Below, piece by piece: positions 16,954-26,782 of a DNA stretch of 54,154 nt. The DNA is from Bacteroidota bacterium (GTDB lineage: Bacteria > Bacteroidota > Bacteroidia > Bacteroidales > JAADGE01). Made by a program: the position numbers and the translations under genes. Every line of letters starts with the position of its first letter. Position 1 is the first letter of the stretch. The DNA is taken from contig JAYEIA010000298.1 in NCBI GenBank assembly GCA_034659855.1, positions 1 to 54,154 of the forward strand, read 5' to 3'. The notes beneath the pieces are model-generated. The model saw nothing but the letters and a program-made list of their open reading frames with translations, ran no database searches and was not told the DNA's origin.

Positions 16954-19560
16954 TTAATCCGCACTAATCGTAAAATAAAATGAAGTCCCGACATCTTCTT
17001 CCGATTCCAACCAAATTGAGCCACCCAGTAATTCTGAGCAAGCTTTTGCAATGGATAAACCGAGACCCGTGCCTCCGTATAGTTTTTCTCCGGTTTTTGA
17101 GGATTGAGTAAAGCGGTCAAAAATAGTTTTTTGTTCGCTTTTAGGAATACCAATACCGCTATCCTTTACAAAAAATAGGATATGGCCTTTTATTATTTCA
17201 TATCCGAATTTTATTTCTCCCTCTTCAGAAAATTTTACGGCATTGCTCAAAAGGTTTAATAATATTTGTCTGAATCGAGTTTCATCAGTATTCAATTCTA
17301 AGTTATTATAAGGGGCAAATAATTTGAGTTTCAGGTTTGGCTTTTTTTGAAGAAATATTTCGGAATCAAATTGTGTTTGAAGCTCGTAGAGAATATCATT
17401 TATATTTATTTGTTCTTTTTTTATTTTCAGCTTTCCGGATTCTATCTTTGATATGTCTATGATGTCATTTATAATATGTAGTAAATGGTCACTACTGGTT
17501 TTAATTATTCCGGCGTATCTTTGGTATTCTTCTTTACTGGATTCTGTCTCTTCCAGTAAAGAAGAAAATCCGACAATCGCATTCATCGGCGTGCGAATTT
17601 CATGACTCATATTGGCCAAAAATGATGACTTTAACCGGTCGCTTTCTTGAGCCTTTTGAGTCGCAATTTCCAGATCGTCAATAATCTTTTTACGCTTTGT
17701 AATATCACGGGCAGCGGCAATGAGTACATCTTTTCCGAAATATTTTCCTTTGTTGAGTATAACATGTTTCGGAAAAATGTCCCCGTTTTTACGTCTTCCC
17801 CAGAATTCAAATTCTTTGGGTTGGCCTGTTCTGAATACAATTTCTGAGGTTCTTTGCAACTGTTGTAGGTCATTCATTCCTTTGGCACTTAAAGTCACCG
17901 GTATTTCTCCTAATAACTCTTCTTTTGTGTAGCCGTACATTTTAGTTGCTCCCTTATTCAAATCTAAAAACTCTCCTTTTTCATTTTGAATAAAAATAGC
18001 CTCACTTATCGCATTAAAAATATTATAATAGCTTTCTTTTGTGAGAGTTAATTCAGTTTCACGCTTTTTTCTTTTTGTAATTTCATGAGCAATTCCAAAA
18101 ACCGTATTTTCGTCAATAGGTACTGTGCTGAGCTCAGCGTTTTTTTCTGAGCCGTCGGGTTGTGTGTAAGTTACTTCACTGAAGTTTAGTGAAGTGTTCG
18201 AGGCTTTAACATCTTTTAATTGGTCAGAAGAGTTCTTCGGAGAAACCGATGATGTGTGGAGTTCTTTTAGTTCTTTGATGGATCTTCCGGTAAGCTGTTC
18301 GGCAGATTTATTGGCATCTGAATATTTTCCGGTGTGTTTATTAACAATAAAAATGGCATCAGGAGATTTCTCAAACAAAATTCTGAACCGCTTCTCGCTT
18401 TTAAATCTGGCGAGTTCAGAGCTTTTTCCGGAAGAAATATCTGTCGTTACGGCAACAATTTTGTGTTTATTATGCGTTTTTATCGCTTTTGTCGACGACG
18501 AAAACCAAGCCGACTCACCATTTCCCTTTTTAACCTTGTATTCTGTTGTAATTACTTCTTCGAGTCTGTCTATAGCTTCCTCAATTCCTTCAAATATATT
18601 TGAGCGGTATTCAGGCTCAACAAAACTTAAACATTTATTCACATCATTATTAATCGTGCCTTCGGGTATGGCCAGAAAACTGTCCGCGTGATCTGAAATT
18701 TCTGCATTTGCAATTTTGCCGTCCGAACTTATTTCTGCAAGCAGTATAAAATTGGGAATATTTGAATTAATAATTTCCAATTTTTTTAAGGCTTTAAGAA
18801 CTTGCCTTCTTTCGTTAACCGTATGACTAATGTCCTTTATTTTTGAAATTCGAAGATTTCCTAATTTGGTTTCTTGCTCGAAACTTCTAAACTCAACAGT
18901 AATTTGGGTATTGTCCTTTTTCAGTGCAACAGCCTTGTATGGGCTTTTGAAATTAGACTGTAACCTTTTTTTAACAAGTTTCTTGCTTTCTTCAGCAAAC
19001 AGGTCAAGAATCGGCAGCCCAATCATTTCATTTGCTGAGTATCCCAGAACAGTTGCTGCAGCTTTATTGGCATAGTTGCAGACAGAGTCTTTGGTGATAA
19101 ATATACAGTCTTGGTCAAAATTCAAAAAATCTTTATATAAGGCAAGCTCAGACTTTATTTCCGACAGAGGGTGCAGCGTGTTCTTTATCTCATCATCAGA
19201 AATCTCAACATATTTTGTAATATCGGTATAATAGGTATGTACTATTCCCGTATTTTGGTAAAAGGCTTGAATATGATACCAAGCACCGGTTCTGATAAAA
19301 AAAACGTCGGCTTCTTGTTTTGTTGTTTTGGAAGATAATTTATTGTAAAAATTTAACCAGTCAAAGTTCTCCGCTTCAAGTAGAGCCAGCGTTTTAATTA
19401 TTGGTTGTCCGATTATTTGCTCATGTCTTTGTCCGCTGATACATTCAAACGCTGGGTTTACCTCGCTGTGCACCATTTCAATGTTTTGGGAAGAGCCTGA
19501 CTGCTCTGCTTTATGTACGGTAAACCCGAATGGAGTATTTTGATTATGTTTGAAATTCAT
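16954..19560 (-). CDS. Cytoplasmic multi-PAS sensor histidine kinase
   Basis: Several PAS/PAC repeats, H box FLANMSHEIRTPMN, NLLSNAVKF, DSGIGI, GGTGLGL; start placed at 19560, downstream of the -7 box. Confidence 0.93.
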   Translation of the reverse strand: MNFKHNQNTPFGFTVHKAEQSGSSQNIEMVHSEVNPAFECISGQRHEQIIGQPIIKTLALLEAENFDWLNFYNKLSSKTTKQEADVFFIRTGAWYHIQAFYQNTGIVHTYYTDITKYVEISDDEIKNTLHPLSEIKSELALYKDFLNFDQDCIFITKDSVCNYANKAAATVLGYSANEMIGLPILDLFAEESKKLVKKRLQSNFKSPYKAVALKKDNTQITVEFRSFEQETKLGNLRISKIKDISHTVNERRQVLKALKKLEIINSNIPNFILLAEISSDGKIANAEISDHADSFLAIPEGTINNDVNKCLSFVEPEYRSNIFEGIEEAIDRLEEVITTEYKVKKGNGESAWFSSSTKAIKTHNKHKIVAVTTDISSGKSSELARFKSEKRFRILFEKSPDAIFIVNKHTGKYSDANKSAEQLTGRSIKELKELHTSSVSPKNSSDQLKDVKASNTSLNFSEVTYTQPDGSEKNAELSTVPIDENTVFGIAHEITKRKKRETELTLTKESYYNIFNAISEAIFIQNEKGEFLDLNKGATKMYGYTKEELLGEIPVTLSAKGMNDLQQLQRTSEIVFRTGQPKEFEFWGRRKNGDIFPKHVILNKGKYFGKDVLIAAARDITKRKKIIDDLEIATQKAQESDRLKSSFLANMSHEIRTPMNAIVGFSSLLEETESSKEEYQRYAGIIKTSSDHLLHIINDIIDISKIESGKLKIKKEQININDILYELQTQFDSEIFLQKKPNLKLKLFAPYNNLELNTDETRFRQILLNLLSNAVKFSEEGEIKFGYEIIKGHILFFVKDSGIGIPKSEQKTIFDRFTQSSKTGEKLYGGTGLGLSIAKACSELLGGSIWLESEEDVGTSFYFTISAD

Positions 19561-19564
19561 AGAA

Positions 19565-19572
19565 CAAATATA
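19565..19572 (-). promoter_or_regulatory. -7 box for the PAS kinase
   Basis: TATATTTG on the minus strand, 4 nt before ATG at 19560. Confidence 0.65.
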
Positions 19573-19742
19573 CAAAAAAGATTTCCGGGTTTGATTCTAT
19601 TCGTCAAATTTTTGACCTTTGAGCGTGCTTGCACCACAAAGCGTCTAAAATTGAGTCCGTTAGATAGTTTGATGTAATTTGTTATATTGTTGATATTTAA
19701 TTGTTTATAAAAATGTACCGAACCATTGCTTCAAAACACAAA

Positions 19743-22700
19743 TCAAAATAATGACGTTTGTTTTGTTTCATTTATTATTTCATCAAGTTCAGCATAATAC
19801 AGAGCCGTGTCTACTTTTGCACCGTATATTTTTTCCAGAAGACTTTGGTATTCCTTTATTTGTGAGAGATGTTCTTTTCTTTGTTTTCCGAATTTAAAAT
19901 CTATCACGGTAATTTTATCATTTTCAATAACCACACGATCCGGAATTCTTGTTTGGCCTTCTTCAGTAATGATGGCTTTTTCGGTTATAACTTCAATACC
20001 GGGTTTAAACCATGGCGCAACTTTGGGGCGTTGAATAATGCTTTTAACTTCTTTCGCCAGCATATTGCTTTCCTCTTTGGTGATGTAACCCTCGGCATGT
20101 AAGTTTTTTATCACCGGGTTTATATCTTCAATCGTTGTTATCCCCTCAAATATTTTGTGCATCAGACTTCCGTAATTTACCTTGTCTTCAATATAATCCA
20201 GACTTTCAATAAAGAAATCTTTCGATTGATAGCTGATATCCGGCCTTACCACTCCCCGGTTTCCCGGATATTCTGTCTCGAAAGCAGATTTGGCCAACCA
20301 TGGTTCTGATTTTTTACTTTCCGAGAGCGCTCCAATAATAAAACGATTTGATATTGAATCAAAATACGGTGTAGTATCTTGATAATTTTGTTGGTCTTCT
20401 TCCGATGATTGTGTTTGATGAACCGCATGATACAACAGGTCAGCCACTGTAGTAATTTTGTCGGGGTTTTGTTTTTGCGGACAAAAAACCAGGAGAGATT
20501 GCTTTGCTCTGGTCAGCACAACGTACAACAGATTTAACGATTCTGTGTGAGCTTGCAAACTGTGTTCATAATATGAGGTTCTGAAGATGGTATCGCCAAG
20601 TTTCTTGCTGTATTTTACGGGAAAGTATTGCAAGTCTCCGAAAATTGAACTGTCGGCTTTTGCCCAAAACGTATCATTGGCTTTAGGAGAAATACTCCAA
20701 TCGGCAAACGGAACAATTACATGCTCATAAGCCAAACCCTTAGATTTGTGTATGGTTTGAATTTTGACCGCATTTTGTTTTTCCGAAAGTAATAAGGATT
20801 CTTGATGTCCTTTTTCATCCCACCAATCGACGAACTCGTCGAGCAGGTTCCCTTTCTTTTGCACATAGTTAAGGACTAAGTCTTGAAAACTGCGAATAAA
20901 TTCAAAGTCGTTTTTGGCCTTTCTCAATTCAAACATATCAAGCAGTTCTTCAGTGAGTTCAAATAAGTGCATTTCTCTTATGGCTTCTTGCCGTCGGGCA
21001 AACTTCTCCGGGAGAAATTCTTCAATATGTTTAGCCGAAGCAATAATTTGGTGTTTCTTCAGCGTTTTCGAATTCTTATGAGCTTGGTATTCCAGAGCCA
21101 GTTCAACAGCCGTGATTTGATTTTTAGGGTCATTAAGGTATTTAAAGGCTCCGATTAAAATTTTTACTGCGTCCGATTTTGAAAGTGCCGCTGAACTCGC
21201 TGAAACTACAGCATATTTTTTAGATGCTTCATGGGTTTCCTGATAGTTGTATATCATGTCCATAACCTTTTTGCTCTGCTCATTGGTACGAACCAAAATA
21301 CCAATATCACCGGCCGAATAATTTTTCTCAAGTAAGCTGTTGATGTGTTCCGGCAATCGTTGCGCAATTTCAATATCGTAGTCTTCTTTGGTATCTCCTT
21401 TTTCTTTAATAATGAAGTCTAAACGTACAAAACCGGGGGCTTTATCATCCTGTGTTGTTTTTTGCATGCTCGATGCATAAGCATCTGTTATCATGGAGAA
21501 CCGGTTGTTCTCTTTCATAATTTTTACATAGTCCTCCGTGCTGTTTTCTTCCACATTTTGGTTAAAAACCGTTTGGAGAATATGAGGCATCCGTCGGAAT
21601 AATGTATTATTAAATCGAACAATATGGCCGGCACTTCGCCAATTGAACGGCAAGTTATTTTCAGTTATAAATTCTTGTCCGATTTGTTCTTTGACTTTAT
21701 GCAGGAGCAAAGACCAATCTCCACCGCGCCAACTGTATATGGATTGTTTTATGTCGCCGACAATCAAATTGAATTTTGCCGAAGCCAGGCTGTTTCTTAT
21801 CAAAGGTTTAAAGTTTTCCCACTGAAAGTTTGAGGTGTCCTGGAATTCGTCAATAAGAATATGGTCATATTTATTTCCGGCTTTTTCGTAGATAAACGGG
21901 GCATCATTATTCTTTATCAATTCTTTCAGCAATAAGGTTGTGTCGCTGATGAGCAATTCGTTGTTTTCTTTTCTGTAGTCGGGCAGGAGGGAGGCAATAT
22001 CTCCCAGAACCCCCAGTGCATAGAAGTTCTTGAGTACTTCATTGGCAGAGATATATACGGGGTATTGGGCATTGTAAGTTTCAACGGCTTTATTCAGCAG
22101 AGGATTTAATATATTGTAGAGCGTATTTATTTTGTCCCTGACCTCGTCGTTGGCACTTTTATTCGGCCATTCATCCGGATTATCCATTATTTTTAAGACG
22201 GTGGCCACCGGCACAAAATCCTTGGCCTTTATTTTTGATAAAAAGTACTCAGCCGCATATTTTGTTCGTTGTCCGAGTTTGGTGTGGTCTATGCCGGTTT
22301 TTTTAATTTCGTTTTCAGCAGTTTTGGCCAAAGCATTCATGGTACTTTCAAAGTCCTTTTTTGTTTTTCTCAGTATTACTCTCAGCTCTTCCAATTTTTT
22401 TGTACTATCCTCTTCCTCAAAGAATAGTTCCATACTTTGAAATTGTTCTTTAAGTATTTCTTTGCTCAAGGCTTCAATATCGTTGTTGAAATCCCAACTT
22501 TTATTTTCATCTATTTTGTATTCGGCAAATTGGATGAGCCACGAGAGTAATTTTTTATTGTCTTTGACTTTTTCGTAAAGCCGATCTCTGAGTTCTGCAA
22601 TAACAGAGTCGGAGTCTAATTGAATGTTGTAGTTTGATTGTAAGCTCATTTCATAGGTGAAAGCTCGAATTATTTTTTGCACAAAGCTGTCAATCGTACT

Positions 22701-23021
22701 TACGGAAAACAGGGAGTAGTTGTGTAAAATTCGGTCTCTGATGGATTCGGCAAGGGCTTGAATTTGTTTGTTGCTGTAATTCGGATATTCTTCCTTGATA
22801 TTTGCAAAATGTGCCGACTTTTGAGGATTCCTTACCATTAAATCTATTTCTTCCGTAATACGGGTTTTCATTTCCTCGGCGGCTTTATTGGTAAATGTTA
22901 CGGCAAGAATTTTTTTATAATTATCCGGATCGGCAAATGCCAACTTCAAAAAGCTTGCGGTAAGAAAAAACGTTTTTCCTGAACCGGCAGACGCACGATA
23001 TATGTTAAGAGAATTTTGCAT
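19743..23021 (-). CDS. addA: AddA/UvrD-type SF1 helicase with C-terminal PD-(D/E)XK nuclease
   Basis: ASAGSGKT, TFTNKAA, DEFQD, VGDIKQSIY, TIHKSKGL, YVVLTRA; nuclease PDRVV...IDFK. Confidence 0.88.
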   Translation of the reverse strand: MQNSLNIYRASAGSGKTFFLTASFLKLAFADPDNYKKILAVTFTNKAAEEMKTRITEEIDLMVRNPQKSAHFANIKEEYPNYSNKQIQALAESIRDRILHNYSLFSVSTIDSFVQKIIRAFTYEMSLQSNYNIQLDSDSVIAELRDRLYEKVKDNKKLLSWLIQFAEYKIDENKSWDFNNDIEALSKEILKEQFQSMELFFEEEDSTKKLEELRVILRKTKKDFESTMNALAKTAENEIKKTGIDHTKLGQRTKYAAEYFLSKIKAKDFVPVATVLKIMDNPDEWPNKSANDEVRDKINTLYNILNPLLNKAVETYNAQYPVYISANEVLKNFYALGVLGDIASLLPDYRKENNELLISDTTLLLKELIKNNDAPFIYEKAGNKYDHILIDEFQDTSNFQWENFKPLIRNSLASAKFNLIVGDIKQSIYSWRGGDWSLLLHKVKEQIGQEFITENNLPFNWRSAGHIVRFNNTLFRRMPHILQTVFNQNVEENSTEDYVKIMKENNRFSMITDAYASSMQKTTQDDKAPGFVRLDFIIKEKGDTKEDYDIEIAQRLPEHINSLLEKNYSAGDIGILVRTNEQSKKVMDMIYNYQETHEASKKYAVVSASSAALSKSDAVKILIGAFKYLNDPKNQITAVELALEYQAHKNSKTLKKHQIIASAKHIEEFLPEKFARRQEAIREMHLFELTEELLDMFELRKAKNDFEFIRSFQDLVLNYVQKKGNLLDEFVDWWDEKGHQESLLLSEKQNAVKIQTIHKSKGLAYEHVIVPFADWSISPKANDTFWAKADSSIFGDLQYFPVKYSKKLGDTIFRTSYYEHSLQAHTESLNLLYVVLTRAKQSLLVFCPQKQNPDKITTVADLLYHAVHQTQSSEEDQQNYQDTTPYFDSISNRFIIGALSESKKSEPWLAKSAFETEYPGNRGVVRPDISYQSKDFFIESLDYIEDKVNYGSLMHKIFEGITTIEDINPVIKNLHAEGYITKEESNMLAKEVKSIIQRPKVAPWFKPGIEVITEKAIITEEGQTRIPDRVVIENDKITVIDFKFGKQRKEHLSQIKEYQSLLEKIYGAKVDTALYYAELDEIINETKQTSLF

Positions 23022-23082
23022 ACTAAAAATTTTTGTCCGAAAATTTCGGAATAATTAATCAGAATAGTCTAAAAATGAGTAT

Positions 23083-23179
23083 TATACTTTAAATGGTTTA
23101 ATTATTTAATGATACAATACCTCGCCATTCAACAAATACACGCTTTGTAAAAGTCAAATTACTAACCGTTTAAAGTATA
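23083..23179. mobile_element. MITE family B, complete copy (97 bp)
   Basis: TIRs TATACTTTAAATGGTT / AACCGTTTAAAGTATA; opposite orientation to 29670-29774. Confidence 0.85.
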
Positions 23180-23347
23180 GTCCATTGATTGTCAATATTA
23201 TTGTTTGGCTTAATTTAAATGTTTTTTACACATTTTTTTTTATTCTGCCCGGCTTGAATAGAAATGGAAGCAACAGAACTTGGATGAAAGTAATAAACTT
23301 TATGTATTTTGCCAAGAAATTGTTTAACTTGCTTGCAATATTTGTAA

Positions 23348-24172
23348 ATGTCCCCAATGAGTGAGTATGTATTATCGTATGATGTTTTGTCGCCCGAAAT
23401 CTTGCTGCTGTTGCTTGGTACGGGTTTTTTAATTGGTATAATTAATACCTTGGCAGGAAGCGGAACAGCCATCAGTTATGCCGTTTTTATGTTTTTGGGT
23501 TTACCGCCGGCCTGTGCCAACGGAACGGTTAGGATAGGCGTGGCATTGCAAACATCAGCCGTTTCTTATAATTTTTTCAGAAAGGGATTTTTAAAGGTAA
23601 AGAAAGGCTTATTTATTTCTGTTCCAATTATCCTTGGTTCCATAGCAGGAGCAGAAATAGCCGTGAATATCAATCAAACAATCTTTATGTACATCATAGG
23701 TATTGCCGTGGTGTTTATGTTGTTTATCGTAATCAGAAATCCTGAATATTGGTTAAAAGGACAAGAAAAAAAGAGAGAAGCGAAACCAAAATTTTGGCAA
23801 ATATTAATTTATTTTTTAATCGGTGTTTACGGCGGATTCATTCATATCGGAACGGGAGTCTTGTTGCTTTCTGCTCTGGTGCTTATTTCGGGGCATGATT
23901 TACTGTATGCCAACAGCTACAAAGTTTTTATAGTGAGTTTATACACGCCGTTTGCATTAGTGGTATTTATTTTAAACGACGATGTAAACTACCTGATAGG
24001 ATTAATTTCGGCCGTCGGGAATATAGCCGGGGGGCTGATGGCATCAAATTTTGCAATAAAATACGGCGTGAAGGCTTTGCGTTGGATATTGATAACTGTG
24101 CTGTCTGTATTTGGACTGTATTTATTGGGTGTCGGCGAATTTGTCGCAAGCCTTTTTAGTAACTTGTGGTAA
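23348..24172 (+). CDS. TauE/SafE (TSUP) family membrane transporter
   Basis: GIINTLAGSG, ANGT, GVYGGFIHIGTG motifs; highly hydrophobic. Confidence 0.88.
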   Translation: MSPMSEYVLSYDVLSPEILLLLLGTGFLIGIINTLAGSGTAISYAVFMFLGLPPACANGTVRIGVALQTSAVSYNFFRKGFLKVKKGLFISVPIILGSIAGAEIAVNINQTIFMYIIGIAVVFMLFIVIRNPEYWLKGQEKKREAKPKFWQILIYFLIGVYGGFIHIGTGVLLLSALVLISGHDLLYANSYKVFIVSLYTPFALVVFILNDDVNYLIGLISAVGNIAGGLMASNFAIKYGVKALRWILITVLSVFGLYLLGVGEFVASLFSNLW

Positions 24173-24323
24173 GATTTAGTGTTTATTTTCGACAGATTAA
24201 AAATCAACAAACATTCAGGACATCTGTTTTCTTTAAAAAATGGAATATGTCTTGGGTAAATTGCTAATAAATTCATACTTTTACAAAATTGAAACGAAGT
24301 ATTTAAACTAAAAATATTGTATT

Positions 24324-25145
24324 ATGAACTCAAAATTTAAATCCCTGATAGTGATAGTCGGAATTGCTTTGGCTGTTTTGTTGGTCTTTGGCTCCATGAT
24401 TTTTTTAACCCTTGAACCGGGTGAGAAAGGAGTTATATTTAGGAAATTCAGTGGCGGCCTGGATAAGGAAAATGTGTACAATGCCGGTTTCCATGTTATT
24501 GCTCCTTGGAACACCATGTTTGTATATGACGTAAAAGAGCAAAAAGTTGACGAAACAATGGATGTCCTGGATAAAAACGGTCTGTCTGTTCATGTGGATA
24601 TCTCTGTGCGATTCTTTCCCACTTACGAAAAGATTGGAGAACTGCATGAGAAATTCGGCGTAAGTTATGTGCAAAAATTAGTTGTTCCCGAGGTTCGTTC
24701 TATGGTTCGTCAAGTGATGGGACGTTTTACCGCAGAAGAAATTTATTCTACAAAACGTAAGGAAGTCGAAGAGCAGATAATAAATGAAACAAGAGATGTA
24801 CTTAAACTGCCTCAAAATAATATAAAGATGACGGCCTTATTGATTCGATCAATCATATTGCCACCGAATATTAAAAATGCCATTGAAAGTAAATTGAAAC
24901 AAGAACAAGAGTTTTTGGCCTACCAGTATAAGCTGAAAAAGGCGGAAAGTGAAGCCAAGAAAAAGAAAATTGACGCTGAGGGTGAAGCGACTGCAAATAA
25001 AATTGTAAGCAGTTCGCTCACAGACAATCTTCTCAAAATGAGAGGAATAGAGGCAACATTAAAACTTTCAAAATCACCTAATACGAAGATTGTTGTGGTT
25101 GGTAGTGGTAAAGACGGTTTGCCTATGATACTGGGAGGAAACTAA
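24324..25145 (+). CDS. SPFH/prohibitin (band 7) family protein
   Basis: N-terminal TM, PGEKGVIF, AIESKL coiled coil, C-terminal GLPMILG. Confidence 0.9.
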   Translation: MNSKFKSLIVIVGIALAVLLVFGSMIFLTLEPGEKGVIFRKFSGGLDKENVYNAGFHVIAPWNTMFVYDVKEQKVDETMDVLDKNGLSVHVDISVRFFPTYEKIGELHEKFGVSYVQKLVVPEVRSMVRQVMGRFTAEEIYSTKRKEVEEQIINETRDVLKLPQNNIKMTALLIRSIILPPNIKNAIESKLKQEQEFLAYQYKLKKAESEAKKKKIDAEGEATANKIVSSSLTDNLLKMRGIEATLKLSKSPNTKIVVVGSGKDGLPMILGGN

Positions 25146-25149
25146 TTGC

Positions 25150-25452
25150 ATGGAGTCTAAAGTCAAAAAGACTGTATATTTTATTAAGAAACATCGTTAC
25201 GTGATTGGTGTTTCGATATTTGTGCTTTGGCTGATGTTTTTTAGCCGGTATTCTATAATGCGCTATTATCATTATAAAAATGAGGTTTCGGATTTAAAAG
25301 AAGCCATTGAATTTTATAAAACAAAAGATGCTGAATACAAAAAGCAAGTAGAATTGATGGAGAATGACAGCTTTTTGGAAAAATACGCCAGAGAAAAATA
25401 TCACACCAAGGCTGACAATGAAGATGTTTTTGTTTTTGAGGAAGAGGAATGA
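25150..25452 (+). CDS. FtsB/DivIC-like septum formation initiator
   Basis: Single TM (WLMFF), coiled coil, LEKYAREKY...EDVFV. Confidence 0.82.
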   Translation: MESKVKKTVYFIKKHRYVIGVSIFVLWLMFFSRYSIMRYYHYKNEVSDLKEAIEFYKTKDAEYKKQVELMENDSFLEKYAREKYHTKADNEDVFVFEEEE

Positions 25453-25478
25453 TTCTGTCTTGAAAACAAAAAATACTG

Positions 25479-25523
25479 AGGCTGTCTAAACCACCCAACG
25501 GTTAATTTAGACAGCCTTTTTTT
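25479..25523 (+). terminator. Hairpin between convergent genes (probable terminator)
   Basis: AGGCTGTCTAAA...TTTAGACAGCCT 12-bp stem followed by a T run. Confidence 0.6.
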
Positions 25524-25570
25524 ATTAAAAATATGCAATTGTCGACTCAAACAGAACATCGGAATATGCA

Positions 25571-26299
25571 TCAGTAAATAAACTCAACTTCTTTATGTGC
25601 ATACGCTGTTGAGATTCCTGTATCAATATTTTTAACTATCAAATTTCCATACGGACTGATGCCCGTAATTTTTCCCCGATATGTGCAGATTTTATCTTTA
25701 AAGCTTGCTTCCTCATTATATTTATACAGGTTTTCGAGGTATGCATTATCAATTGCATCAAAGTTTTTTTCAGCCAATTGATTATAGTGTTTTTTGATTT
25801 CTCTTAACAATCCGTTGAGTATTTGTTCTGTATTATGTTTCTTTTCCGTAATTTGAGTGAGTGAAATCGGATGGAGCAAGTTTTCCGGAAACTGCCTGTT
25901 GTCAATATTGATACCGATACCAACAATACTTTTTTTAATTTTGTTTCCCGACAAGCTGTTTTCAATAAGAATACCGCAGAGTTTTCGATTATTGTAATAA
26001 ATGTCATTTGGCCATTTAATCGAAAATAAATCTCCGTATTTTGAGAAATAAGAAACTATGGATAAGGAAACAACTTTGGAAAGCATAAACTGCTTTACCG
26101 TTTTAAGATTGGGTTTTAGAGCGATTGAGAATGTTAAACTTTCCCCCGGTGTACTGTACCATGAGTTTCCTCTTTGTCCCTTTCCCGCTGTTTGTTCATC
26201 GGCTACAAAGCAAGTAAAATCTTCGGTTGGCTCTGATTTTATATACTCTTGGGCATAGCTGTTGGTAGATTTTGTTTGTTTGATCCTTATTATTTTCAT
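25571..26299 (-). CDS. birA: Biotin--[acetyl-CoA-carboxylase] ligase (no HTH domain)
   Basis: STN, QTAGKGQRGNSW, IKWPND, KLCGILIE, GIGIN motifs. Confidence 0.95.
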   Translation of the reverse strand: MKIIRIKQTKSTNSYAQEYIKSEPTEDFTCFVADEQTAGKGQRGNSWYSTPGESLTFSIALKPNLKTVKQFMLSKVVSLSIVSYFSKYGDLFSIKWPNDIYYNNRKLCGILIENSLSGNKIKKSIVGIGINIDNRQFPENLLHPISLTQITEKKHNTEQILNGLLREIKKHYNQLAEKNFDAIDNAYLENLYKYNEEASFKDKICTYRGKITGISPYGNLIVKNIDTGISTAYAHKEVEFIY

Positions 26300-26303
26300 A
26301 AGG

Positions 26304-26311
26304 CAAAAATA
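26304..26311 (-). promoter_or_regulatory. -7 box for birA
   Basis: TATTTTTG on the minus strand, 4 nt before ATG at 26299. Confidence 0.6.
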
Positions 26312-26375
26312 CAAATATCATGGTAAAGCCTCTACTTTTTAAATACTTTTCAGTTGATAATTCGGTAGTTTAGAT

Positions 26376-26383
26376 TAACTTTG
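26376..26383 (+). promoter_or_regulatory. -7 box for rnpB
   Basis: TAACTTTG, 4 nt before the P1 helix start. Confidence 0.75.
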
Positions 26384-26387
26384 CACG

Positions 26388-26746
26388 GCAGTTGGTCGTT
26401 TTGTCGCTGTTCGGAAACGAGCAGAGGAAAGTCCGGACAACAAAGAGCATTGCCCTTCCTAACGGGAAGACAGGTGTGAGCTTGTGGAAACAAAGAAGAA
26501 AATAACCGCCGTAAACTTGTTTTGCGGTAAGGGTGAGAAGGTAAGGTAAGAGCTTACCGGTGTTTGGGGTAACCTAAACAGCTGTTTGCCCGGCAAGTTG
26601 CAATTCCATGTACATCAGGGTTTGAGGATTGCTCGTCTGAGCCTGAGGGGTAGGAAGCTAAAGTTTGTACGTGAGTACCAACGAAGATAAATGACAAAAT
26701 TCCGAACGAGTTTTCGGAAACAGAATCCGGCTTACAGACCAACTGC
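26388..26746 (+). ncRNA. rnpB: RNase P RNA (bacterial type A)
   Basis: GAGGAAAGTCCGG near the 5' end, CAGAATCCGGCTTAC near the 3' end, terminal helix GCAGTTGGTC / GACCAACTGC. Confidence 0.96.
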
Positions 26747-26782
26747 TTTTTTAAAATCGTAAATATGCTTTGTTGCCTCAAT

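Noticed and set aside
19600-19740. Possible further mobile element between the PAS kinase and addA
   Set aside because: Only a ~12-bp match to the 5688-5946 TIR; no paired ends or target duplication.
25479-25517. GGCTGTCTAAA inverted repeat as an IS remnant
   Set aside because: Too short and single-copy here; its position between convergent genes and the T tract fit a terminator.
26554-26781. 75-aa minus-strand ORF
   Set aside because: It is antisense to the RNase P RNA.
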